From Marsupella aquatica (lineage: Eukaryota; Plantae; Marchantiophyta), in contig OZ316891.1 of assembly GCA_973895155.1 (NCBI GenBank), forward strand, positions 11,530,771 to 11,594,770: a stretch of 64,000 nucleotides of DNA. Reading direction: 5' to 3'. This document shows, piece after piece, positions 13,718 to 25,100 of the stretch. The notes beneath the pieces were generated by a model. The model did not search any database. It was not told the origin of the DNA and was given only the letters and a program-made list of their open reading frames with translations. How positions within the stretch are numbered: the first letter of the stretch is position 1; each line of letters opens with the position of its first letter. A program made the translations under genes and the position numbers.

Positions 13718-15199
13718 ATGACCAACCTAGAGAAACTTAACTTTCCAGCCCTAGAAATAGATGGCGGCAACTACCTAGAATGGTCCATGAACCTAAAAGA
13801 AAACCTAACCTCGCTAACCCTACTCCCTGCAATAGGGCTCGCTCAACCCATCCTTGCCGGTGAACCACAACCAGACCCATTAACTAAAGCCAACGAATCA
13901 AAAGCCCTAGTATTCCTGAGACGCCACATCCATAGATTCCTACAGAGACAATACATGCACCTTTTGACTCCTCACGAACTATGGATAGCGCTCCAGACCC
14001 GATTCGACCACCAGAAACTGGTTGAATTACCTAGAGCCAGGCAAGACTGGCTCAACCTGCGGGTCCAGGACTTTACCTCTATTTCAGCCTACAATAGCAA
14101 ACTCTTTAGAATAACATCAACCCTCGCACTATGTGACGAGCCGGTCACAGACAAGGATCTGCTAGAGAAGACCTTGTCAACATTTCATTCATCGAATGTG
14201 TGGCTATCAACTCAGTATCGAAACATGAAGTTCGGGCAATACTCCGAGCTCATAGCCCACCTCCTAGTCACCGAAAGAAACCAAGAACTCCTATTAGTTA
14301 ACTCTAGAAAACGTCCTCTGGGCACACTGCCCTCAAGATCACAGAGTGAAACACATCTTACCGACACCGCTGAACCCTCCACATCAAGGCAGGGCATTAA
14401 GCGAAGTAGGAATGGCAACCATAGAAACCACCCCAACAGGGGGAGTTTCTTTAACCAACGCCCACAATACAATTTCAGACGGTCCTTTAGTGGACGCGGA
14501 GGACGCGGAGGACGTGGAGGACGAGGCAGACGCGGAGGACGAGGTGGACGCGGCGATGGAAGAACATATAACAACAACCGCCAAAATGATTGGTCATAAT
14601 CCCAACCACAACGGGAACGCCCAAAATGCCATGCATGTGGCATGACCAACCACCTAGCCAGAAACTGTAGAATCCCACAACACCTTAAAGAGTTATATCA
14701 ACGATCCCTCAGGGATGGACAAACCTCTAGGGCACCACCCTGTGAAACCCACGGGGCGTTTATGGGGTCCAGCGACCCATTCCAAGACTTTTCAGATCTA
14801 CCTGCCCAACCCGAAGCACACTTAGTGGCAAGTAGTTCCACAATGCCAGATCTAAATAGCCCCAGCACATGTATTATAGATAGTGCAACCACGCACACTA
14901 TCCTCCGGGATCGACACCTTTTTCACAAGATCACACCCTCACGTCGATCCCTAACCACTATTAATGGCCCTAGCCAAATAGAAGAGGGCTTTGGCCCAGC
15001 TTCCATTAGACTCCCGCAGGGTACAGCTATACACATAGAATCTGCTATTTTTGCCCCGAACGCAACGCGTAATCTCCTCAGTTTTAGAGATATACGAGCA
15101 AACGGACTACATGTCCAGACGGGCGATACCAGAGATCAGGAAGTGATACACTTGGTTGAAAATACCCCTACGGGGAATATCATTAAAGAAACCCTTTAA
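13718..15199 (+). CDS. gag: Copia Gag plus aspartic protease, interrupted by one in-frame TAA at 14597-14599
   Basis: ORFs 13718-14599 and 14642-15199 are in the same frame; RGG-rich tract, zinc knuckle CHACGMTNHLARNC (CX2CX4HX4C) just past the stop, protease DSATT motif. Confidence 0.88.
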
Positions 15200-18100
15200 T
15201 TTCTCGTACCCCTACGGGTTTTATGTAACTCATATTGAATGCTTGCATAACAATGCCAACACAAGTGAATTGCCCGCGCTTTGGCATGCACGCCTTGGCC
15301 ACCCCGGCCAATCAATGCTAAGCAAAATACTTAAGAATTCAAGTGTCATTCCAATCAATACACGCCACATTCCAGCTAGCACCCCATGCACTGCATGCTC
15401 ACGCGGCAAATTAATAACAAGGCCCACGGCATCAAAATTGCCAACCAAAATACCCAAATTCTTGGAAATAATGCACGCCGATGTTTGCGGGCCGATCAAC
15501 CCACCGAGCGGACCCTTCCGCTACTTCATGGTATTAATCGACGCATCAACTAAATGGTCAAATGTGACATTGCTTTCAACGAGAAACATGGTTATGCCTC
15601 GTATCTTGGCGCAAATCCTGCGCGTGAAAGCACAATTCCCAGACCACCCCATTAAGACACTAAGGGTGGACAATGCAGGGGAATTCACATCCAAAACATT
15701 TGATGACTTCTGCACATCACTTGGCATTGACGTACAATATCCTGTACCTCACGTGCATTTTCAGAACGGACTAGCTGAAGCGGTCATTAAACGCCTTCAG
15801 TTAATTGCATGCCCACTATTAATGCAGTCGAAACTCCCTGTCTCAGTATGGGGACACGCCATATTACAGGCTAATGCATTAATCCAATACCGCCTATCGG
15901 CCTTTAATACCTATAGCCCATACCAAATTGCTAATGGTATTAAACCTGACCTATCACATCTTCGTTCATTTGGATGTCAAGTAATGGTCCCCATTACTCC
16001 ACCCAAACGAACTAAGATGGGACCCCAACGACAGTCAGGGATATACATCGGATTTGACTCACCGTCCATAATCCGATATATAGAGCCTACAACTGGCGAT
16101 GTTTTTAAAGCTAGATTCCTAGATTGCCATTTTGATGAGCATATTTACCCATCATTAATAACCCCCGAACACCCACAACCACCTTTGGAGTGGGAAAGAC
16201 ACTCGCCATTTTGGCAAGACCTTAGAACGAATCAAGGGGAGAAAGAAGTTCAAAGAATTCTGCAACTCCACAAGATTGTGGAAGAACTTCCTGACGCTTT
16301 CATTGACACATCACAAATTACCCGCTCACATATTCCAGTTGCGAGAGCATCTGCTTGCATCGAATTATCAAGTGAGCCAGCAAGTACATCCCAACCTCGT
16401 GCAAAACGAGGTAGACCCTTGGGATCAAAAGATAAACAACCACGAAGGCGTGGTTCATCTATACCACCTTCACCTGATGTCAATCATACCGAATCTACAT
16501 CCCATGAAGAGATCTCTATCCACTACGCAGACACAGGTGCGATGTGGGATAGAAATACTACTTCAATAGATGATGCTTTTGCATTAATGGTGGCAACACA
16601 TATCACAGACGAAACACCAGAACCAATATCCATCTTAGAATGCCAAAACAGACCAGATTGGCCTGAATGGCAAAAAGCTATAAACGGAGAATTAGATTCC
16701 CTACTAAGCAGACACACTTTTGGCCCAGTCAAGCCAACATCGCAAGACGTACACCTCATTGGCTACAAGTGGACATTTGTCCGCAAAAGAAATGATAAAG
16801 GCCAAGTTATACGCTACAAAGCACGTCTGGTAGGGAAAGGATTTACCCAACAACCGGGAATTCATTACGATGAAACTTACTCACCGGTTATGGATAGCAC
16901 AACATTCCGATACCTTATCGGATTTGCCATTTTCCATAAACTACAAATGCGACAACTGGATGTTGCAACCGCATATCTATATGGAACTTTAGACACTTGT
17001 CTATACATGCAATCACCTCCCGAGTTGGAGCAACGACGCCGAGCCTTAGCTCAAGGCGCTAAATCGCATATCCCATATTTATATAAGATTATCACACAAT
17101 TATCTCAAGTTACACCTCATGTGTCATCTACACATGTAACTCATAATAATGACACCGCTGTGTCAACCGTACGAAATACTCGCCGTGGACTAGCTATCCG
17201 CGTGTTGAAGACATTATATGGCCTGAAACAAAGTGGCAGAGTATGGTATCAAAGATTTACTGATGAAATGATTGCCATGGGTTTTTCCCATGATGCCATT
17301 ACACCATGTTTATTTATTAAACATGTGGATGATGAATATGTCATCGTTTCTATTTATGTTGATGACTTAAATATATTTGGGACACCCCAACTTACAGAAG
17401 ATACTATTACCAGTCTTAAATCCACATTTGAGATGAAAGACCTTGGACATACAAACTTTTGCTTAGGCTTACAACTAGAGATCCTACCCACTGGCATGAT
17501 GCTCCATCAGACCACACAAACCAAAAAGATCCTAAAACAGTTCAATATGAACCTAGCACACCCATTGACGTCACCAATGGTTGTACGTTCATTAGAAAAT
17601 AATACTGATGTTTTTCGCAAGCGCGAAGAACATGAACCACTATTAGGACCAGAAACACCATACCTTTCCGCAATAGGAGCATTAATGTATCTAGCAAATC
17701 AGACACGACCAGACATTGCATTTGCAGTTAACTTACTAGCCAGACATACTGCAACTCCCACAGCCAGACACTGGAATGGAGTTAAGCACATATTTAAATA
17801 TCTACGTGGAACCACCGATACCGGGTTATTTTACTCATTCGGTGCAAACCACGAGCTAATAGGATACGCGGATGCCGGATACCTCTCCGACACTGATACC
17901 GCAAAATCCCAAACCGGATATGTTTTTACCATAGGGGGTACCGCTTTCTCTTGGAAAAGCGTGAAACAAACCCTAATAGCAACCTCATCGAATCACTCAG
18001 AAATCTTAGCTCTACATGAGGCTAGTCGTGAAGCCGTTTGGTTACGATCCTTTATAAACCACATCAACACCAAATGCGACCTACCACCACTAACGAAGCC

Positions 18101-18380
18101 TACTAACATTTTTGAGGATAACGCAACATGTATACAGCAGATCACGAAAGGATTCATCAAAGGCGATCGCGTGAAGCACATAGCTCCAAAATTTTTCTAC
18201 ACTCACGAGTTACATGGAAAAGAGATCAACATTTTGCAGATTTCAAGTGCAGACAACTGTGCGGATCTCTTCACCAAATCATTATCACCATCAGTCCATC
18301 ACCGACACTACCAGGCGATTGGACTACGGAGCGTGCGACACATGATGACCGTGGAGGCTGCTGCTCCACATGATACTTGA
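15156..18380 (+). CDS. pol: Copia Pol (integrase, reverse transcriptase, RNase H), in +1 frame relative to gag-PR
   Basis: GAG-pre-integrase/zinc motif LWHARLGHP...CTAC; DDE core HADVCGP/RVDNAGEF/NGLAE; RT YKARLV, LYGLKQSGR, YVDD; RNase H YADAG, EDN, ADLFTK. Confidence 0.95.
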   Translation: MKIPLRGISLKKPFNFSYPYGFYVTHIECLHNNANTSELPALWHARLGHPGQSMLSKILKNSSVIPINTRHIPASTPCTACSRGKLITRPTASKLPTKIPKFLEIMHADVCGPINPPSGPFRYFMVLIDASTKWSNVTLLSTRNMVMPRILAQILRVKAQFPDHPIKTLRVDNAGEFTSKTFDDFCTSLGIDVQYPVPHVHFQNGLAEAVIKRLQLIACPLLMQSKLPVSVWGHAILQANALIQYRLSAFNTYSPYQIANGIKPDLSHLRSFGCQVMVPITPPKRTKMGPQRQSGIYIGFDSPSIIRYIEPTTGDVFKARFLDCHFDEHIYPSLITPEHPQPPLEWERHSPFWQDLRTNQGEKEVQRILQLHKIVEELPDAFIDTSQITRSHIPVARASACIELSSEPASTSQPRAKRGRPLGSKDKQPRRRGSSIPPSPDVNHTESTSHEEISIHYADTGAMWDRNTTSIDDAFALMVATHITDETPEPISILECQNRPDWPEWQKAINGELDSLLSRHTFGPVKPTSQDVHLIGYKWTFVRKRNDKGQVIRYKARLVGKGFTQQPGIHYDETYSPVMDSTTFRYLIGFAIFHKLQMRQLDVATAYLYGTLDTCLYMQSPPELEQRRRALAQGAKSHIPYLYKIITQLSQVTPHVSSTHVTHNNDTAVSTVRNTRRGLAIRVLKTLYGLKQSGRVWYQRFTDEMIAMGFSHDAITPCLFIKHVDDEYVIVSIYVDDLNIFGTPQLTEDTITSLKSTFEMKDLGHTNFCLGLQLEILPTGMMLHQTTQTKKILKQFNMNLAHPLTSPMVVRSLENNTDVFRKREEHEPLLGPETPYLSAIGALMYLANQTRPDIAFAVNLLARHTATPTARHWNGVKHIFKYLRGTTDTGLFYSFGANHELIGYADAGYLSDTDTAKSQTGYVFTIGGTAFSWKSVKQTLIATSSNHSEILALHEASREAVWLRSFINHINTKCDLPPLTKPTNIFEDNATCIQQITKGFIKGDRVKHIAPKFFYTHELHGKEINILQISSADNCADLFTKSLSPSVHHRHYQAIGLRSVRHMMTVEAAAPHDT

Positions 18381-18703
18381 TGATGTTGACGACATGATGC
18401 TGATGATATGCTGCTGACGACCTACTGATGAGACAAATGTTAAAAGCTAGATTTACTATAGCATCTAACTTTACTTAACATTGATATTTATTACGACGAG
18501 GATTGTTAGACTGCACTCTTTTTCCTTTAGCACTCATATTTTTCTCTACTACACTGGTAGAGTTTTTACTAAGCTAGAGTTGATAAAGGTTTTTTAACGA
18601 GGCAGTCCTCCTCGCTTGTACACCTATCATATACACTCCATAAACATAATCAACAAAGACTAGACTCATAGGATTAGTTGTCTACATAGCTACCACTATT
18701 TAG

Positions 18704-18714
18704 CCAAGGGGGAG
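18704..18714 (+). promoter_or_regulatory. Polypurine tract
   Basis: CCAAGGGGGAG directly abutting the 3' LTR. Confidence 0.9.
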
Positions 18715-18847
18715 TGTTATAATCCCCACGTCTAGTCACCGTTTACCCTGGTTAAGTCACCCTAACCAGGGGTGTACATCATACATACACCTATATATAA
18801 AACCTCCCGGACTAGAAGATCTGTTGGAGACTCATTACCTCACGACA
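18715..18847 (+). repeat. 3' LTR (133 bp)
   Basis: Copy of 12161-12293, followed by TSD ATCTT. Confidence 0.96.
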
Positions 18848-18934
18848 ATCTTATATTTGTGCAATGAGGGATTTATGATATTGTTTACATAATGGCATCC
18901 TTTACACAACATCTTCTGCGGAGTGTCATCCCTC

Positions 18935-19384
18935 ATGCATCGACATTGTCTTTCCTTGACAATTTTCTTAAATAATTGGGCGACACAACATCTGTTTTTC
19001 TTAATGACATCTTAGATGACACAACATCTTTTTTCTTAATAATATCTTGGGCGACACAACAACATTTTTTCTTAACAACATCTCGGGGGACACGGCATCT
19101 TTTCTGCAACGCACGGGTATTTTCTTCACGGTGTCTTTTGTTCTCAATGACTTCTTGGCCGACACGACATATTTTGTTCTCACCAACATCATGGCCGACA
19201 TGACATCTTTTGTTGTCACTAACATCTTGGCCGACATGACATCTTTTGTTCTCAACGATATCTTGGGCGACACGACCTCTTGGCCGATATGATATCTTTC
19301 TTCTCAACAACCTCTTGGCCGCATGACCTCTTTTGTTCTCAACGACATCTTGGCTGTCACTACATATTTTGTGCAACGCACTAG
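18935..19384 (+). repeat. About 42-bp tandem array (GACATCTTTTGTTCTCAACGACATCTTGGCC-type), probably the 3' end of a Helitron-like element
   Basis: About 10 degenerate units; contains TGCAACGCACGGG (~19105) and ends GTGCAACGCACTAG|T; similar ACATCTT motifs continue left of the copia insertion (~11980-12100). Confidence 0.7.
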
Positions 19385-19394
19385 TATTGAGCTA

Positions 19395-20446
19395 CTGTCT
19401 TCCCCCGAACACAGCGCCCGGGCGTTGTGTTCGAATATGGTCAAAACAGGGACTTTAGGCAAAAAAGATGTTTTCACTCAAACACAGCGCCATATTAACA
19501 CAGCGCCCGGGCGCTGTGTTTGAAATTGACTTTGTGTTCGAAAATGCACAAGTGACTATAGGAGAAAGGTAACTGGGTTGCAACTACAATACGTTACTTA
19601 AAATCGTCCGACTCATCCGCACTTTCAACTTACGAAATCCATCGTCCTTTGAGAAATGTAAGCTAATTTCATTTGAAATACTTCATTCTCGGAGAAGTGT
19701 GTGCTCTTTCCAAAATGTTAAGCAGCAATCCGGAAGTATCAATATATTCTTCTGCTTGTGAACTTTCAACGGACTTTCACATCAACCTCTGAGTGACGCC
19801 ACGGCGTCTTGTCAAAGAAACCCATAGTGCCTATGTGCATAATTAGGTCTGATGACTCACTTTCTCTATTTTCAATTTTCCATTGCCCTCGAGATCAAGG
19901 CACTCCAATAGAAACAAAGTAGTCTCACGAACATTCCAGGCTGCATGAAAAAAGATTAAATAATAGAAACGAGCAAATTGGCCACAGTAAACCAAACAAC
20001 TGTGAAAAGTGGACGAATATGTTTTACTAAATGATAATAGTACACTTGGTACGTATGGTTTGTCAGGTTTTGTTTTCTATTGAAATTTGATTTCTCCCCT
20101 TGTGTAATTTCAGTGGTTCAATTATTTAGCTACACATCCTTTGACCTGAGCAAATATTGTTGGGAAGTCAGAAAACCTAAACTTGAACACACTCCTCTCT
20201 AATACACATAACTTCTATGTCCATCATTCCTACTTACACCCTACATGCATCTCAGAGCCAAAATTCAAGCACATTACCTTAAATTTGAACACAATGCCAC
20301 AATTCGAACACAACACCACAAGTCCAAAAAATGAAAATATTGACTTCAAACTCAAACACAACGCCCTGGGCGCTATATTCGAATAGAGCGCCCCTTGGCT
20401 CACTATTCGAATATAGTGCCCGGGCCTTGTGTTAGGGGGAAGACGG
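19395..20446. mobile_element. Non-autonomous Tc1/mariner (pogo-like) DNA transposon
   Basis: TIRs C(T/C)GTCTTCCCCC(G/T)AACAC...GCCCGGGC...TTCGAATA at both ends, flanked by TA (19393-94, 20447-48); subterminal GCCCGGGC repeats; no transposase ORF. Confidence 0.8.
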
Positions 20447-22019
20447 TAGTACACTTATGATAAAAAGTGCCAGCAAAACAATTACCCCTTCACAAAAGAT
20501 GCACGGTCCCGATAAATTGAAATATCTACAATAGATTTCATATCACATAGTCATGATAATAAGTGCCCGCAAACAAATTTAGACGAAGGCTAAGTGATCC
20601 CTACTGTAGTGTCTAGAGTCACACATTCTGGGCCAGTCACAATAAAGTAACATCTAGTGTAGCGTTCATTCCCATAATAAGTTCGCACAGCCCGTCTGGG
20701 CCAGTTGCGATACTGAACTAAAAGCCAACAAACATTCTCTCCTCCATCATTCTCTCAATCTCTCCGGTTCATTTGTCTCACCCTCTTCTATTTCCGTACG
20801 CAAGGACAGTACTATTGTACTTTTACGTACACTCATTGAGTTCGTCACTGAAGCCCGTACGATCATCCTGTTTGAGTTTATCTGAAATTTGTCCTCTCGT
20901 AAATATGCAACTTCTGAGCGTGAAAACACCATTCAGACTACCGTAGCCAATGAGAATAGTATTTTTAGTTTCGGTGATTTTGAAACACAAATGTGACATG
21001 GAAATTTCTGAGATCTTGCACATTTTCTGAAGGTCTCCAACTGGTCCTGTGAAAAAATCCAAAGGCCCACATTTCTGAAAGCCTCTAACTGGTCCTGCTG
21101 GCAAAAGCCAAAGGTCCAGGGCTAGGAGCTGTCTTCAAGTAATCGGGCCTTTATGTGATCAGGTGACATGTTAGAAATGAGCAAGAGTTTAATGCGCACC
21201 CCCCTCCTGAGCCAGTCCTCAGGGAGGTATTCTATGTTGCGAGCAAATAAGAAATTTTGATAATGAAGAGAATGTTATTAGCAAGACACTAATAGTTTCA
21301 AATTTCATTTGCTTTTTGGTGCCTTTTATTTTTTTTGTATTTTTTTCAAGACTCCACATGGCTAGCGAGCTCGTTAGCAAAAAAGGGAGTCCCCAAAAGG
21401 AATGTTACCAACCAGGTAGTTGGTAATGAGACAGTTGGATGTAGAAAAATAAGGGTTATACATGAATGGACGGGATGTTACCAACCAGGTAATTGATAGC
21501 AAGGCAGTTGGATGTAGAAAAATAAGGGTTATGTATGAATATTTTTTCTCGTGCCAATAAATTTTACTGTTTGCTCGTACCTTACAATTACAAGTCCTTA
21601 AAGAAAAACTTGTGGAGTTTGAAGGGCAAGGGCTGAAAGTTTTCTGGCAATGGTGGTCCCGACCTTTCACTCCGTGACTGAGACAGAACCAGCGACTTAT
21701 ACATATAATTTAACTGTGCATGAACACGGTTTGCCGTGCATTGTGCTCTTCGTAGTCACGTACGTACCTGCTCCACAACTCACCCTGCAAACTGCATGGC
21801 CTGCATATAGCTTCAAGAGTGCACACACAACTTTCTGCTTCTGTCACTGCGCATCGCTTCGACACGATTTCTCCCCGTGACACTTTTTGTGTCACTGCGC
21901 AGCGCCTTGCTCTGAAGAATTTCTCTCTCTCTCTCTCAAGGATTTACCTTTGACGATGGTGAGTTGTGCAAATCTCCTGTAAACATCGAACATCGAGCAC
22001 ATTTGTTTGGGCTCCACAA

Positions 22020-22195
22020 TTGAAGGCTTACAAATCGCAGCCAAGGATTGGAAATTGCAAGCTGGCAAGGATTACAACTCTCTGCCAAGAAATGCAAAAA
22101 TCGGTTGCTGCCAAGGATTTGCCAAGGATTACAAATTCCTGGCTGCTAAGGATTATCACCCCTTCGAGCTGCCAAGGATTGCAAATCGCTGCCCA
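22020..22195. repeat. About 20-bp tandem repeat (GCCAAGGATT(G/A)CAAAT...)
   Basis: Six to eight degenerate copies visible. Confidence 0.75.
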
Positions 22196-25100
22196 TAATT
22201 AAAAATTGTTGCCCAATACAGAGTTTTACAAAAATCCATGACCAAAGAGTTCTTCTTCCCGTATATTGCCTTGTAAATCAGGCTCTGGAAACGACAAGAC
22301 TGGACATGGAAGTGCTTGGGCTTATCACATGTCACAGGGGCACAGATTCTGTGTAGATTTGGCTGGCACTTTTTATCAACAATCTAGGTCTGCTAAGGGC
22401 TGCTTTTTCTAAGACCTTGCACATGCTCGACAGACTTATGGATTTAATTGGGTGGAGGGCATGTTGTCAAGAAATGGCTAATAAAAAGATAGAAAATTTC
22501 GGGACACGGTTGCCAAGATCTTCATGGTGAAAATAATTTACTCCAAAAGATTATTCCCCAATGTCCATAAACACTCCCAAAATAGCTGTTTTGTGGACCA
22601 GAAGTTTTGAGACCCAAACGTGTGAGAAAGACGTCATAGAGTAAATCATTGAGGAGAAGAAGTTTTGTGGAGGTACTTAGTTAGCTAAACTCTTGAGCTC
22701 TATGTACAGTTTATACAAAGGAATGATATGCCAATATTGCTTTTGAAAAGGGTCCATCCTACGTGTTTGTAAATGTTGTTGTAAAGTGACCGGGGCTTCC
22801 TTTTCCGACTCCCCAACCCAAGAAAAGAGAGTAAATAAACTTTTGTGTTTCTTCCAGCAGAAAAGCCTTTTGAGTCTTTTTCAAGTGCATGGGACATTCA
22901 AGTTTTCACAAAATTAGAAAACACAATTCTGCTTCTGCAAAATTTAGAAGTTTGTGTCTACAATGTGATGGTACTCCACAAATTTGAAAATGTGCAATCA
23001 TCATGTGTAATGTGTAGCAAGTTCTACTAAGGCAAATTATTGCATGCATCTATATCCATGTGACATATTTTCCAATTGTTTTGCTATTTAGATCCAATCT
23101 TTCATCTCTAAATTAGTAAGTGCCAAATTGAACACAACCTGCACTTTGTCTCAGACTAGAAAGTTAACTTTTGGCCACTAAACCCCGCTTGAATGGATTC
23201 TTGATCAAAAAGCCTAGGAGTAAAAAGCAATTGCTAAGTGTCACGTGAAAACAACATTTATGCTGTCCACCTGAAAGGTCCACTTTTAACCATTTCCCCC
23301 ACCCCTGAATGGGGGTTGGGATAGTTTTGCAGAGATGATCAAGTTTTGTAATCAATTCAGTCAAGCCAATTTTCCAGAACCCAAATTTACTCAGTTTAAT
23401 TCGTCACAAGGGAGAAAAGTAGTCTTTACCCAAAAGAGTTTTGAGTACAACTAATTTTTTATTTTTTATTTTTAAAGAAATATACACATACTTTTTACAG
23501 AAAAAGGCCAAATAGAGTACAAAAGAAGAAACAAGAGAGGGCCCAAGTGGACAAAACCAAACGCAAAAGAAGTGAACAAAAGGAAACCCCCTAAAAACCA
23601 AGAAAGAGGAACTAAAAGAAGTGAGCAAAATGAAACCCCTAAAAACCAACAAAGAGGAACTAAAACTACCGCAAATGGACCGAGGTCCTCATCATACCTA
23701 GCAAATGTGGCAACAAGCTAGTGATCTACATCAAGTGTCGAAACTAGATCGGCAAGTGGGACAGGAATGTCCTCTAGGGGGGCTAGCCGCTGCGGAGTCA
23801 CACTAATGGAGACCTTAGATAGGGTCCTCCCTATCCTTTGCTCAACCTACAAACTGGAACTACCACTTGGATTACTTCTATGTACGTCCTCCACCTTCAC
23901 CCTAAACTGCAGCAAATGACAAGTCTTGAAGTTGGACCGTAAATTGTCACCCCTCGTGATGTGGTCCCCGAAATGATTAGAAAATGATGCAGGAAATGAG
24001 AAGTCTGGATTGCCACTCCTTGTCGCGTAAAGTCTGGCCTCTGCCTAAATGCATGAGAATTGCCGTGCCTTGGCCTAAACCTGCCCTCGCCAAAACTCAT
24101 GAGAAAAAGGTGACTCCACCAACATCCACCAGAAAAGTGTTCCACAATGTGACATGGTAAGATATGGCAGAGGAGGAATTGACCAGTCGGACATCTGAAA
24201 GGAGCTGATTGTATGGCAATTTTAGAGGGGGTCCCAACCTTGTGAAAACTTCCATTGGGGTCTATCAAGCATATAAGCACTCATCACACTATTGCACTAG
24301 ATGTGGGTCATTAGCTAGCTTATCATTCTATTGTTGTGCTAGATCGTTATGTCTTATTATTTTTTGTCTTTCCAGGTTTTAGAGTTTGCATTTGCCCTAC
24401 TCTTTCTGAGTTAGTGTTGGTCCTCTCTGGAACTCTTTGGCTTATATTCTGTCATACTATTTGGCCTCAATTGGTCCCTTTTAGTCCTTGAAACTCGAAA
24501 GGTAAACCAGGCTGTGGTCAAAGGTTGGTGGTTGCAATTGGCTGAACACTTTGCATTTCAGTTCATCAAAAACTTCATACAATCTGGGCCCATTTGTGGG
24601 CCCCATCACAACAACAAAAAGTTCAGCCAAAAATGAAAAAGTTTGAGTGGATAGGCTAGAGACAGAAAGGAAGAATAACGAATCGAAAAGTTTTGATTCA
24701 AACCACACTACCACAGGGTATTGAATTTATTCCTTGCATGGCTTCGGTTGTCCTCACACGACTCAGCATGCCGCTGTAGCCAAATAAATTACTGAACAAA
24801 AACGCAAATGCGAGAGAGGGCCATTAATGACCATATCGATGAGGTGAATGGATCTTTACCTTAGCGCGGTGAAACCGTGATTTGAGCTCTGAGCGAGGCT
24901 CAGCAGTGTCCTTTCTATTGGATGAGTGCTTTTACGTTCTTACGGGTCACCAACGGCCACGCTATCTCCTCGACCTTTGAGGGGGCAATTCGTAGCCAGA
25001 GGCTGAGAGGCAGGTAGGAGTCAAGGGGTCGATACACGCCAGCAGCGGCAGCCATAATAAGGAGTGGCTAGAACGAAGTCCCTGATTAGAGTAGGGCCGG

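Larger units (their letters stand above)
12161..18847 (+). mobile_element. Full-length Ty1/copia LTR retrotransposon, Bianca-like lineage
   Basis: Two 133-bp TG...CA LTRs (12161-12293, 18715-18847) differing at 2 positions; 5-bp TSD ATCTT (12156-12160, 18848-18852); PBS and PPT present; gag-PR-IN-RT-RH order. Gag start MTNLEKLNFPALEIDGGNYLEW and protease CIIDSATTHTIL resemble the Bianca lineage. Confidence 0.96.

Noticed and set aside
18933-19376. Repetitive ORFs and a CRISPR-like look of the 42-bp array
   Set aside because: Units are degenerate tandem copies without unique spacers, there are no cas genes, and the context is eukaryotic.
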